Below are positions 13,244 through 27,277 of a stretch of DNA of 64,000 bases, one piece after another; positions within the stretch are counted from its first letter, which is position 1, and every line of letters begins with the position of its first letter. Under the pieces are notes generated by a model. The model ran no database searches. It was not told where the DNA came from and saw only the letters and a program-made list of their open reading frames with translations. Source of the DNA: the human T2T-CHM13v2.0 reference genome, Homo sapiens; the NCBI RefSeq assembly GCF_009914755.1, contig NC_060934.1; one strand, given 5' to 3'. Both the position numbers and the translations under genes were made by a program.

Positions 13244-15540
13244 TGATCCCATAAATTAAGTTAGAAAGTCTTTCCTCCTCCTTTACTTTCTGCAAGTTTG
13301 TATAAAAGTGATACTACTACTTCCTTAAATATTTGATTGAATTCACTAGAGAAGTCACTGGAGCCTGGAATTTTCCTTGTGTGAAAGTTTTTAATTACAA
13401 AGTTAATTTCTTTAATGGTTATAAAGCTATTCAGGTTATCTATTTTTTCTTCACTGGGCTTTAGTAATTTTTCTTTTGAAAAATTTTCCCATTTCCTCTG
13501 GGTTGTCAAATTTGTTGCCGTAAAGCTTCTATAATATCCCCATATTATTTCTTTAATCTCTACATAGTCTGTAATTTTTATTCCCTCTTTTATTAGTGAT
13601 GTTGGTAGTTTGTTTTATGACTTTTTATTAGGAGTTTATCAATTTTATTGATCTTTTCAAAGAACTTTTTATCTTATTGACTTTCTTTATTATTCCGTTT
13701 TCTATTACATTGTTTTCTGCTATTAACTTGATTTCCTTTCTTCTACTTACATTAGGTTTAATTGGCTCCTCTTTTTCCAACTTCTAAAAGTAAAGCTTAA
13801 ATCATTGACCTTGGACTTTTTATATTTTCTAATAAAAATCATTTAAAGTTATAAATTTGTCTCTAATCATTACAAAAATTTTGATATTCTGTGTTCTAAT
13901 TCTTATTTAGGAAAAATTATTTTAAAATATCTTTTGTGATTTTCTCTTTGATCCATGTATTATTTAAAAGTATGTTGCTCAGTTTCCAAATACTTGGGGA
14001 TTTTCTAGATATCCTTCTGCTATTAACTTCTATTTTAGTTCCACTGAATTTAGATAACATGTTCTATATTATTTTGGTCCTCTTAAATGTATAAACTTGT
14101 TTTCTGCCCCAGATATGGTCCATTATAATGAAAGTTTTGTGTTCAGTTGGAAACAATGTGGATTCTACGAATACGGTGAATTGCATTGATTGATTTATTG
14201 CGCTGTTGATTAAACTGACTTTGCATTCCTAGGATATAGAACACTACACCTAAAAATCTGTATTTAGGTAGAAGGTTCTATAGGCATCAATTAAATCAAG
14301 TTGGTTAGTAGTATTGTTCAAGTGTCCTTCCCCTTTATTCATTTTTTCTACTTGTTCTATAAGTTACTGAGAAACAAGTATGACAATTTGTAAATATAAG
14401 TGTAGATTTCTCTACTTCCCCCTTCATTTCTGTCCATTTCTTTGTCATATTTTGAAGTTCTATTATTAGGTGAATATATGTTTACAATTTTTCTCTTTCT
14501 GATAAATTTATCATTATGAAATGTTCTCGTTTATTTCTTGTTCTGCATATTTCTTGTTCTGAAGTTTACTTTTTCTGATATTTAACTAGCCCCTCCAACT
14601 TTGTTATAATTGGTGCTACATGGTATATTTTTTTCCATCCTCTTACTTTTGACCTACCTGTGCCTTTAAATTATTGAGGTCTTCAGACAACATAGAGTTG
14701 AGTCTTGCCTTATTATACAGTCTAAAAATATTTGTCTTTTTATTGGAATTTTTAGACCAGTTTCATTTTATATAATTATCAGTATAGTTGGGTATAAATC
14801 TACCATTTGTCATTTGTTCTCTGTTTATTTCATCTGTTCTTCATCCTTTATTTCTCTTTTCTTGATTTCTTTTAGAGGAATTAAAAATGTTTATGGTTCT
14901 ATTTTATCTCCACTGTGAGTTCATTAGCTATAACTCTGGCTTCATGTTTAGTGGTTGCATGAGGGTATACAATATGTATCATTAGCTCATTACAAATATA
15001 CTATTATAACACTTTATGTACAATGTAAGACCTTACAACCATATACTTCCGTTTCCTCCATTCTGTCCATCATGCTATCATTACATATTTTGCTTTAATA
15101 GGTTATAAGCCACACAGTACATTGTTATTATTTTTGTTTAAACAATCAATTATCTTTTAAGGAAATTTAAAAATGAGAAAAGCCTTTGTATTTACCCACA
15201 TACTTACCATTAAGTGTTTTTCATCCTTTGTCCACTTAGTATCACTTCACATTAGAAACACCTGGTGAGTCTTATTATATTTGTTAGTGTGAGGAAAATA
15301 ATTGAAAGTATACACCGTTACCCAGCTCCTTGTCTCTTATAAGGGGTTGATTAGGAGTATCCAGTGGTGATATCTTTATTGCTAGATCATGCCATGGACT
15401 ATTAGTGCTCTCTTTACAATTGGAAATAAAGTTATTAGCAACTTAAAATGTAATCAGATTAGAGACCCAATTTTGGAATAGATAGATATGATTATACTTA
15501 AATATAATATATAACTATATATAATTTTGTACATATGCAT

Positions 15541-15543
<3 letters not shown>

Positions 15544-15579
<36 letters not shown>

Positions 15580-15860
15580 GGAATTGGCTCCTATGATTAT
15601 TGAGGCTGACAAGTCCCAAAATCTGCAGTTAGTAAGCTGGAAACAGCAGAGCCAATGGTGTACTTCCAGTTCAAAGGCTGGCAGGCTCAAGACTCATAAA
15701 AAGCTGATACTTCAGTTCAAAAATGGCAGGAAAAAAAAAAAACCACCTCCCAGCTCAAAGCAGTCAGGCAGGATGAAATTCTCTCTTACTTGCAGGAGAG
15801 TCAGTCTGTCTGTTCTATTCAGATCTTCAATAGATTTGATGAAGCCCACCCACATTTCTT
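15544..15860 (-). mobile_element. (GT)17 microsatellite followed by an MLT2 (ERVL) LTR fragment
   Basis: GT x17 at 15544-15577, then TAAGGAATTGGCTC...GAGGCTGACAAGTCCCAAAATCTGCAG...GAAGCCCACCCACAT. Confidence 0.7.
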
Positions 15861-16873
15861 AGCCACTGGCATTTAGCAATTGGATTATGTTTTACCTTGC
15901 ATAGTTTTCTTTGTGCTTATCTTGCTTTTGATCTATTGAGCATCATGGATGGGTGGTTTTGTATGTTTCATCAAATTTGGAGCATTTTTTACCATTATTC
16001 AAATATTTTTTCTCTTCCCTCTTTCCTTTCCTTCTCAGCTTCCAATTACAAGTATGTGATCCATATACTTGCATGAATATTTTCCCACAGGTTACTAAAG
16101 ATTCATTTAAATTTTCTTTTTAGTCTCTTTTGACTGAATTTTAGTTTTGAAAGTTTCTATTGCAACTTTCAAGTTCACTGATCTTTTCTTCTTCACGTCT
16201 AATCTGTTCATTTCATAAAGAAATTTTTTTATTTAAGATTTTTATTTTTGGCCCTTGTATTTCCTTTTTAATTTTTCTCCTTCTTTGATGATTACTTTCA
16301 TGTTTCCTTTAAATTCGTGTGTATATCTGTAATTGGTGTTTTCAATCCTTTGTGTGCTATTTCCAACATCCATCATTCCTGAGTGTGTTTCTATTGACTG
16401 GTTTTTCTCTTGGTAGGAGTTGCACTTCTGTGCATCTTTACATGTCTGTATTTCTTATATGACACCAAACATTGTTAATTATACCTTACTTAATGCTAGA
16501 TTTTGTTGTCCTCCTCTAAAGATTGGTAGATATTTTTCTGGCAGCCAGCTGAGTTACTTAGAAATTACCCTGACCCTTTTGAGGTTTGTTTTGAAGCTTT
16601 GACTGAAGGAAAGGGGTTAGATTAGACTTTATTTAGGGCTTCTTTACTCCTCCTGCCAAGACATGACTTTTCTGGGATGTCAACTGAACGCACCAGATTT
16701 TCTACAAGGACGCTCCACTCTGGCTGGTAGGAATGCAGGAGTCCCCCCATGTCCCACATGAGCTCTGAAAGTGCCTGCTCACTGCTTTCCAATCACCCTT
16801 TGCCCAGCCTCCTGGAGTTTTATGATAGACATCCACAACCTAATTTTTATAACAGATCCATGGGGAACCCTGT

Positions 16874-17225
16874 TGTATTAATCTGTTCTCACACTGCTAT
16901 AAAGAATGACCTGAGACTGGGTAATTTATGAGTTAAAGAGGTTTAGTTGACTCACAGTTCCACAGGCTGTACAGGAAGCATGGTTGGGGAAGCCTCAGAA
17001 AACTTAAAATCATGGAAGAAGGGGAAGAGAAAGCAAACACATCCTTCACATGGTGGAGCAGGAGGGGAAGTGATAATCTCATGAGAACTCACTCACTATC
17101 ACAAGAACAGCAAGGGGGAAATCTGCCTCTATGATCCAATCATCTCCCCCCAGGCCTCTCCTCCAACACTAAAGACCACAATTCAACAGGAGATTTGGGT
17201 AGGGACATAGAGCCAAGCCATATCA
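16874..17225 (-). mobile_element. MSTA-like MaLR LTR
   Basis: TGTATTAATCTGTTCTCACACTGCTATAAAGAA...CACAGGCTGTACAGGAAGCATGG...CCATATCA. Confidence 0.85.
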
Positions 17226-17705
17226 ACTGTACAGATTTCTGGATATTTTTCTGTACATTACTCCCTCCTCTCAAAACTGCTGCATTGGGGATTAAGTTTC
17301 CAACACATAAACTTTGTGGGACACATGCAACCATAGCAATTCCCTTCCAGGGAGGTTCTGCAAAGAGGCCTGCCACTGATTCCTCATTGCATGGAGATGA
17401 GATCTCCCTTATTCTGCAAGGCCATGTGGTTTTTCCATCTCTTTCTAATCTGAGTGTTCAGGTAAAAGTCCATACCTGCTAACAGGGGCAAGCAGGTGCT
17501 AAAAACTAGTGAAAAAACTAGTGAAGAGGGCCCAACTAACTGAAGAGTAGCATGCCCACCCAAAGGGTCAGCTGTGACCAAGATCCCACAAAGGTAGCCA
17601 TGCACAAATGCAGGCCAGGGCTGCTTGACTTCAGATTCTTCAAAAGAAGCTGCAAGTCACAATTTTTACATGAAATGTCCTGTGTGTTAAAAGTTAGCAA
17701 CTGTG

Positions 17706-18000
17706 GGCCAGGCTCGGTGGCTCACGCCCGTTATCCCAGCACTTTGGGAAGCCGAGGAGGGTGGATCACAAGGTCAGGAGTTCAAGACCAACCTGGCCAA
17801 TATGGTGAAACCCTGTCTCTACTAAAAATACAAAAATTAGCTGGGCTTGGTGGCACATGCCTGTAATCTCAGCTACTCGGAAGGCTGAGGCAGGAGAATT
17901 GCCTGAACCCAGGAGGCGGAGGTTGCAGTGAGCTGAAGTCATGCCACTGCACTCCAGCCTAGGTGAAAAAGGGAGACTCTGTCTCAAAAAATAAAAAAAA
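17706..18000 (+). mobile_element. Full-length Alu (AluS)
   Basis: GGCCAGGCTCGGTGGCTCACG to A-tail; TSD AAAGTTAGCAACTGTG. Confidence 0.95.
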
Positions 18001-19857
18001 AGTTAGCAACTGTGGAGGACAAACAAAATGCTGACCCTGTCTTCAGACTTCTCCTTGGATGGAAGGGTGGCAGACCCAAAGCCTTTGGCTTAAGAAATCT
18101 CCCCAGGGCCAGGTCCTAACAAAACGTGGCTTCTCCCATGATGTCCCCCATGTGTCAATGCTAAACCGACCCTCTGGCTCTGACAATTCAAAGTCAACTC
18201 AACAAATGCTTACTAAGCATTTGCTGCCTGACAGGCTCTGGCCTTGATGTTGGGAATAAGACTGGACCTGTCACTCATATCTCTGCCCTCAGAGATGTGA
18301 CCTCAGAGATTAAACCTCTAGTGTTTACTAGAGGTTAAACACCAGTGAGGAGGCAGATATTAGCCCAACCATCGCAAGAATACATGACTACAAACTGAGA
18401 TAAATATTAGGAAGAAAAATTGGAGGAAACTAAGAGAGTTTATTACAGCAGATTTTACTGGCTATGATATTTGAACTGAATGTTGAAGGATGGATAGCAT
18501 TCAAATAATTAAAGAGATTGGATGAGATTGAGAGCAAAGCTTTCCATAAAGTGAGCACAGTACATGCAAAGGCCCTGAGGCAGAGCAGAGTGTAGGCATT
18601 CTACAAACTCAAAGGCCAGTGTGGCTGGAGTGCAGGGAGAAAGAGAGAAAGTGCACACAGGTCTTCTAACACCTAAAAAAAATGTGTTAGCCACCTCGTT
18701 TTCCCCAGTGTAGCCAGAAATGCATTGGTAAGGAAAGACCCAGGTTAAAGCAAGCCCGAGTGTGTGACCACCCTCTGCATGGTGGCTCCTGTCCTGCTAC
18801 CCATTCCAGGAGGACACAGCAAAACCAGGGGCCACATCTTTGATTCTGTAACTTGCATCACAGGTCCTCCAAATACAGCTCCTTCCCCATCAGTCCCTGG
18901 ATACTTCTAAGTTCATTTCCTGATCAATTTCCCTCTGGCCTATACATCTTAACCATTGAGGATGTTGTCTTGCTCTCGGCCTGGTCCGTCTGTGTTTGCC
19001 ACTTACTGTGTGTCCCCTCAGGGCCCAGACCAGAGCCACAGACATGGGCTGGACCCCTCCCTAGGGGGTGAAGAGCCCTGGTGTCATCATCCAGGAAGAG
19101 GCTGATCCTCCCAAGGAAATGGGACCAGAGGGAGGGGAATTCAGGCTGTCCCTCTCTGGAGCTGACGTAGGCCCATCTTCACCCTGGTTTTGACTTGAGT
19201 TTAGATTTGTCTGAGGCCAGGAAGGTTAGTGAGGCAGCAGCGGGTGGGCAAAGAGACCCATACCCAGTGAAGACAACTGGGGTGAGGCCACCTCAGGGTA
19301 AGGCCCTCTGAAGAGGAGAGGGGTTTTCCCGTGAGCCCATAACATCGAGTCACCTGCTGCCTCCTGATTCAGTCAACATTGCTGAGTGTCTGCAGCTGAG
19401 CCCACTCTCTGTGCTGGCACTGGAATCCTAGGTGACAAAATGCCCAGGCCCTGTTCTGAGGAAGCAGATGCCCCTGAGGAAGTGGACAACAGTCCAGCAA
19501 CCCCATGTGGCAGTGGAAGCACAAGTGAGGGCATGGCTATGCCCAGGAATTCTCTGAACCACAAGAGGGTCAAACTCAGGGCCTGAGCCAGTCTTGGGGG
19601 TCAGCAAGAGCATCCCAGAGGGAGTGACATAGAAGCTCTCCACTCCAGGCTAGCTGGGAGTTGTAGACCAGGTGGAGTACATTCCAGGCAGAGGAAACTG
19701 CAGATACAAAATCCTGGGAGCAGGAGAGAGTGCAGAGAGTTTAAGGAAGAAAGAAGTCACATGAAGCGAGATGGGGCTGGAGGAGAAGGAACCTGTACAA
19801 GGACAGACTGAGGAGGGTTGAAGAGTGGGGGTGGGTGGGGCCCAGGCTGTCGGGAGA

Positions 19858-20216
19858 TGTATTAGCTCATTCTCACACTGCTAATAAAGACATATCCAAG
19901 ACTGGGTAAAAGAAAAAGGTTTAATCGTCTCACAGTTCCACATGGCTGGAGAGGCCTCTCAATCATGGTGGAAGGTGAATGAGGAGCAAAGTCACATCCT
20001 ACATGGTGGCAGGCAAAAGAGAGCATGTGCAGGGGAACTTCTCTTTATAAAATCATCAGATCTCATGAGACTTATTCAGCATCACGAGAACAGTATGGGA
20101 AAGACCTGCCCCCATGATACAATTACTTCCCACCAGGCCCCTCCCACGACACGTGGGAATTATGGGAGCTATCATTCAAGATGACATTTGGATGGAGACA
20201 CAGCCAAACCATATCA
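19858..20216 (-). mobile_element. THE1B-like MaLR LTR
   Basis: TGTATTAG...CAGCCAAACCATATCA with 5-bp TSD GGAGA. Confidence 0.9.
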
Positions 20217-20348
20217 GGAGATTAGATGGGCCCTTTCAGCACAGTCTGTCCTAGACAAAGAGACTTAAGGAAGACTCAGGGCCCCCCTTGGGTGTGGACA
20301 TTCACTTGGGAGCAGAGTCCGGAAGCCAGCATGATGGGGGGGGGAGGA

Positions 20349-20672
20349 TGCTCTAGATTGACGGTGTTTACCCAAAGTGCATGTGCTGAAATCCTAAACC
20401 TCAAGGTGATGCTATTAGGAGGCTGGGTTGTGCAGGGGTGATTAGGTCCCTTATAAAAGACCCTGGAGAGATCCCTCACCCCTTCTGCCATAGGAGGACA
20501 CAGCAAGAAGGCGCCATCTATGAAAGAGTAAGAGGCCCTCACCAGAAACCAAATCTGTTTCAGCTACTTGATCCTGGACTTCCCAGCCTCCAGAACTGTA
20601 AGAAATAAACTTATGTTGTCCACGTGCCACGTGGTGTATGGCATTCTGCAATAGCGGCCCGAGCCAACTAAG
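20349..20672 (+). mobile_element. MLT1A-like MaLR LTR
   Basis: CAGCAAGAAGGCGCCATCTATGAA...GGACTTCCCAGCCTCCAGAACTGTAAGAAATAAA. Confidence 0.75.
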
Positions 20673-23022
20673 AAAGTGGGGAGCCATGGTGAGTGAGGTG
20701 CCCAGGAGCCAGGAGTGTCTGCCCCAGGGGCTGCAGGTTCAGGCACTGCTCCACGGGGAGGCCTCCACTCCTTGCCAGTTTTGGCAGATCCAGGCTTGGG
20801 GCTACAGAGCAGCCTGCCAGACTGCCCCAGACCAGGCAGGAGCACACCTGCCACATGAGAACTGAGCAAGGATGATGCAGTTGCAGCCCACATCCAAAGC
20901 CCTCCTTCCAACACACCAAGCTGCACCCCACAGCCATTTTGTGGTTCAAGGTACAACTCACATTTTCAGGAACAGAGGGCAAGGCCTGGGGATCTACTGC
21001 CTTACTATAGAGAGAAATCTGCTTCCAATGCCTCACCTGTAGCCCAAAGCCCTCCTACCAGGACACCCCAAAAGTTGTGTCATAGCTGTGCTGCAGGCCT
21101 CAGTGACTCGGCTCAGGATGAACACAGGAGGGCTGGAACAGACCATCCCTGCTCCTCCCTCCTTCCCCCACTCCCCGCCCCATGAGTAGCCCTGGCCTTC
21201 TGCCAAGAGTCTGGCAGGGCCCAGGAAGGGAGGGTGCCCTTCTTTTGTTCTGCTAAAGTCCTGGGGTTTCTCCCCCATGGTGTCTGACTGCCCAACCTCC
21301 ACGCGAGCATTTGGAGGCAGGGGGCACTTTGACCCACTTTGCTCATCCCAGCCTCCTACAAATGGCCTCCTGGTCATCAAGTGTGGAGGAAATCACACTT
21401 GGAGCCCAACTGGGAGCCCCAAATTCGGCTCCAGCTTGCTCTTGACATGGGGCAGGGAAAAGCAAGGTGGTATGAGGTGCCCAGGCAGGGAGACGGGGAG
21501 CCTCAGGTCTTTCTCTCGGCCGGCCTCCAAGGACCGTCAGACTTCTGAGTCTGGTTTCTCATCTCTAACTTGAGATGCCTGAACTAGACAGACCCCTATC
21601 CTAACACTCTGAATGAAACAATGTGTGATCCCAAGTCCAAAACCTTCAAGGTTGGGATCCTTAAATGACACTGAGCAAACCCACTGAGGAGTTTTTCCAG
21701 GTGCTGGGGTTACCCCGAGGGTTCGCCTGGCATCTCCCTCTACCAGGACGTGCAGAATGACTGGATGTTTGAGTGGGAAGGGCATGAGAGTGCATGTCAT
21801 AGGGAAGGAAGCTGTGGCCCAGGGTCCCCAGGCTGCCTGGCTCCCCACTAAAGGCTCCCTCTGCCTTAGCAATTGGCCTTCTGCCGCCTGTAGGCTTAGC
21901 ACCATCTCAGCGACAGCGATAACACCTGGAGTGAACAGGCCTCCTGCAAACTTTATGTTGCCCTGGAGATAACAGACCGTTCAGACAGACTCAAACACTT
22001 CCAGCCAAGGCAGAGGAGTAGGTCCCCAGCAACAGCAGGACTCATTTGCTTTTAGAGATAATGTTGCTGAGGCTGATTGAACTGTGCTCCAGTCTTTTGT
22101 CCAAACACGTGTATTTCTCATCTCTTAACTATGCCTGCATGTTTGGAGATAACACCTACGCAGGAGCCTTGGCAACTAGATCAGCCAGCAACCTGTGGGA
22201 GAAAAGTGGACTGCCACTAAGTGTCACCAGACAGAATGCCATCCCTTCAGAACACAGCTGTCTGCTCCAAACCCTGTGCCTCTCACACCAGCTCGTGGGG
22301 GAGCAGGTGAAGCAGCACAGCCTTGCAGGAAAGCAATTTTGCAAAAGGTGTCAGAGGCTTAGAAGCTTGCATCTCTTGCTTCCCCTTCGTTTTGTTTTGG
22401 GTAGCTCTCCTACAGGAATGACTCAAACCAGCCTCCACTGACAGAACACCAAGAACTCAGGGGACCCTACAAAGCTTCCTGGACAGGCTTTTCACCTATT
22501 CATAAGGAATTTTAAATTTAAGGAATATAAAAAGTACAAACAAAAATGTTACTACAATCCCATGATCACTGGGGTATTTCCTTCCAGGGGTGTTGCTTCT
22601 GTGAATGTATAAGTGCATTTCCAAATAATGAGGTGCTTACTCTGCGGCTTAGCACCTGATTTTAAAATATTTAATAGATAGCAAGCTTTTCTCAGTGCTG
22701 TTAAAAAGTAGCCTGTCATGTCAAGCCTTCTCTGATTGCTGGACATTCTATTGTTTCTTATCTTTCACTACATGATACAGCACACAGAAAGGCATTTTGT
22801 ACAGAAATCTTACAATCAAGTATAGACTCCCCTGTCAGCTCTGAGCTTCTCCACATGCCTTTCCTTCTGAGTAGTGCTGCTTCCAGTTGCCATGGGCCGG
22901 GCCCATAGTAGGTGGTGTTGGATAATGCTTCCCAAATGACCCTGCTTCACTGATAAACATAGTGGCTTCCCTCTCATTGTGAAGTGAGTAAATGCATGTA
23001 TCTGGCACAGCGTAAGCACTGA

Positions 23023-23475
<453 letters not shown>

Positions 23476-23841
23476 TAAATATTTCTAAAAATACTGCCAG
23501 GTGTCTGCTTACCCCTGTCTGCAGAAGGAAGTTTGCATATTTGCACAGGAATATAAGCATTTGTTAATTGGTTTCTGTGTTGATATATACAAATGTTATA
23601 GATCCCTGGGTCAATAGTTCTGCCTGGGGAAAGGTGGAGGAAGTACAATCAGGTGATAAAGTACTGTGCCCAAGATGCAGAACTTGCTTCCACCGGTGCC
23701 CAGAGAATTGGCAGGGGACCATGGTCTGCCTGACTGCCCCTTTCCTTCTCACTCTCCCTCCCTTCCTCCCTCCCTCTTTCTCTCTCTCTCCCTCTCTTTC
23801 TCTCTTTTTATTGAGCTTAATTTGCAATATACTGTCCTGCT

Positions 23842-24144
23842 TTCTTTTCTTTTTTTTTTTTTTTGAGATGGAATCTCGCTCTGTCGCCTAAGCTGGAGTG
23901 CAGTGGCATGATCTCGGCTCACTGCAACCTCCTCCCTCCAAATTCAAGCATTTCTCTGCCTCAGCTTCCCGAGTAGCTGGGATTACAGACGCCCACCACC
24001 ACGCCTGGCTAATTTTTTGTATTTGTAGTAGAGATGGTGTTTCACCATGTTGGCCAGGCAGGTCTTGAACTCCTGACCTCATGATCCACCCTCCTCGGCC
24101 TCCCAAAGTGCTGGGATTACAGGTGTGAGCCACCATGCCCGGCC
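23842..24144 (-). mobile_element. Full-length Alu (AluS)
   Basis: TSD TGTCCTGCTTTCTT. Confidence 0.95.
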
Positions 24145-25368
24145 TGTCCTGCTTTCTTACATAGAGGCAGACAAGCCCCATTCCCCTAGGCCCTAAAGTC
24201 TAGTTTCCATGCTTTGTATGGAGAGCTATTTTTTTCATGCTGTTGCTGGAGCCCTCTGGAGTCTTGATTGGCTGCATCGTGGGGAAGGTGGGCTCGCTGG
24301 CCTAGCACCTCCCTGGTCCCCTGTTGGAGGCTAGCTCACCTTCAAGCTCCAATATCTGTTCTTCACGGTGGAAACCAATTTACTGTGCTCTCAGGGGGCA
24401 TTATTCTGGGCCAGGCACTGTGCCAGCTGCCCAGGAGATAACAACCTACACCCTTTGTTTGCCGGGGTTACAGCCAGGTGAAAAGATGGAGACTCTCTTG
24501 CATCCTTCCAGCTCTAAGATTCCCTAAGTGCCCAACAGGAACAAGGCAAAGTGCAAAAGCCAGGGATGCAGACACGAAACAAGGGAGGCAGGAAAAGTTT
24601 TCAGAGAAGGTAAACTTGGAATTGGAAAGCATGAGATTCGGAAGGCATTGAGCTGGGCACAGTGTGGCATATGTGAGGACCCAAAAATAAGGAGTCTGTG
24701 GATTCAAGCATGGGGTGGGAGTGAGGGGGTGCTGGAACAAGCAGGAGAGGAAGGCCAGCCAGGGGGAAGCTGTGAATGGCCAGGGGCCATGTGAAAGCAC
24801 GGGGACCCCATCCTGCAGAGGGCAGGAACCGCTGAGTGGGAGAGTCAAGGTCAGATGTGAGACGTTGTCCAGAGAAAGGATCGCTGGACAAAAGGCCTGG
24901 TGGCAGAGATGTCATTGAGGGAGGTTCTTGACATAGTCCAAGCTAAAGGAACAAGTCTGAATCAGATGCCCCTAACTAGGCAATTCAGTGGTTCACAATA
25001 GGAATAACTGTGATGGAAAATCCAGCTGGAATCTGAGAAGGACCATATTTTGCTTTGGACTTGCACTTGAGGTATGTGTGGAACACGCCGTGGAGGCGTC
25101 CAGCCTGCAGGTAGACGGAGACTGGAGAAGGTGTGAGTCTGGGAACGGGGCACAGTTGCAATTGCTTATGGAGGGTGTTGGGGGCAGGACACAAAAGCTA
25201 CAGCAGAACCAGGAAAGCCTGGCATATGAGGGACAGAGGACCTAGCTGGAGTCAGGCCATGGGAGCTAAGGGAAGAGGAGATTTCAGGGAGGTGATGTCA
25301 AGAATGAAGCTGCAAAGATCAAGTATTGCAAGGACCCAAATCGCATGGCAAGACCATGCCACTTGTGC

Positions 25369-25565
<197 letters not shown>

Positions 25566-26489
25566 TTATGCAGAGCAGCTTCAGCAGTCACAGAAGTGAA
25601 AATGCCTGTCAGCTGAGAAGCAAAGAGAAAGTGAGAGTGTGGTGGCCAGGAGTGTAGAACACTCTTGTGGGGCTTGGCTCTGAGGGGAAGAAGGTCCAGA
25701 ACAGGGGCTGGCAAAGTCGTGGGGAGTATTTTTCCTAATGGGGGCCTTCGCTGCAGTTTGTAGCTGCAGTGGCAGAGCCTGTAGAGGAAGAGAGGATGAA
25801 GATGACCTTGAGGATGCCATCCTGGAAGGCTGGGGAACCGTGATGTCATTACTTATGGGATAAACTCTCCCCAGAGGAGGAATCCTCACGTGCTTTGCAT
25901 TTGTTCCTTCCCCCAGGCTCAGTCACTTTGACACTCCCCAGTCCTGAGTGTGGGGCCAGTTCAGGCAAGGCAGGAGGGAGGAGGAGGCCCAGAGCCCCAT
26001 GGAAAATTTTCCTAGGGAGGCCCAAGCCTGACACTGGGAGACAGGTCAGCAACACAGGACACAGGGCTGCACCCAGGCCAGCACGGGGCCCAGAGTGGCA
26101 GGCTGGCAACCTGTGTCCCCCTCAACTCATCTCACATTTTTTCTCAACAGTTTGGACATTTATGGCTTTTTATCTAGTACCATATGCCCGTCGATGGGAG
26201 CAATGAGGCTGCTGGTCTGGCTTTTAATAGCACAGCTCAGATGTGGACATGGCTAATACTAACTTAGATGAGGAAATTAACTGGAAGAGCCATGGAATCA
26301 AGCTTGGCCTGTGTAGGACAGTCCTCTTAAAATGAGATTATGATTTTAACAAAAATCACGCAGCACCTGCCATGTACTGGATATTCTACTCGGTCCTGAT
26401 GCTGGCTTTGCTGGCAGATCTCTACTTCATTCCATGGAGAGGTTGGAGGGCCTTAAAATTACTCTATTTCCCACAAAGATAAATCATAG

Positions 26490-27277
26490 ACTCAAAAAAT
26501 AACAGATGCTGGTAAGGTTGTAGAGAAAAAGGAATGCTTATACACTGTTGATGGGAGTGTAAATTAATTCAATCATTGTGGAAAACAGTGAGGTAATTCC
26601 CCCAAAGACCTAAAAACGGAACTACCATTCAACCCAGAAATCCCACTACTGGGTATATACGCAAAGGAATATAAATCGTTCTACCATAAAGACACATGCA
26701 TGCACATGTTCATTGCATCACTATTCACAATAGCAAAGACATGGAATCAACCTAAATGCCCATCAATGGTAGATTGGATAAAGAAGATGTGGTACATATA
26801 CACTATGGAATACTATGCAGCCATAAAAAAGAATGAGATCATGTCCTTTACAGGAACATGATCTCGTTCTTTTTTATGGCTGCATAGTATTCCATAGTGT
26901 AGGCTAGAGCTGGAGGCCATTATCCTTAGCAAATTAGCACAGGAACAGAAAACAAAATACCACATGTTCTCACTTATAAGTGGGAGCTAAATGATGAGAG
27001 CCCATGGGCAGAAAGAGGGGAATGACAGACACTGGGGCCTACTTGAGTATGGAGAGTAGGATGAGGGAGAGGATCAGAAAAATAACTGTTGGGTACTAGG
27101 CTCAGTACCTGAGTGATTAAATAATCTGTGCAACAAATCCCCATGACACAAGTTTACCTATGTAACAAACCTGCACATGTACCCTGAAACCTAAAATAAA
27201 AGATTTTAAAAAATAAATAAAAATGTTTAAATAAAATAAAAAATAAATTTTAAAACTTAAATTAACTTTTAAAAAAA
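26490..27277 (+). mobile_element. Old L1PA (about L1PA13-16) 3' end with A-rich tail
   Basis: End of ORF2 and 3'UTR: AACAGATGCTGG...GTTCTCACTTATAAGTGGGAGCTAAATGATGAG...AACAAACCTGCACATGTACCCTGAA. Confidence 0.88.
26799..26901. repeat. 46-bp inverted duplication (hairpin, 11-nt loop) inside an L1PA 3' fragment
   Basis: 26799-26844 TACACTATGGAATACTATGCAGCCATAAAAAAGAATGAGATCATGT pairs with 26856-26901, with one G:T mismatch. Confidence 0.95.
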
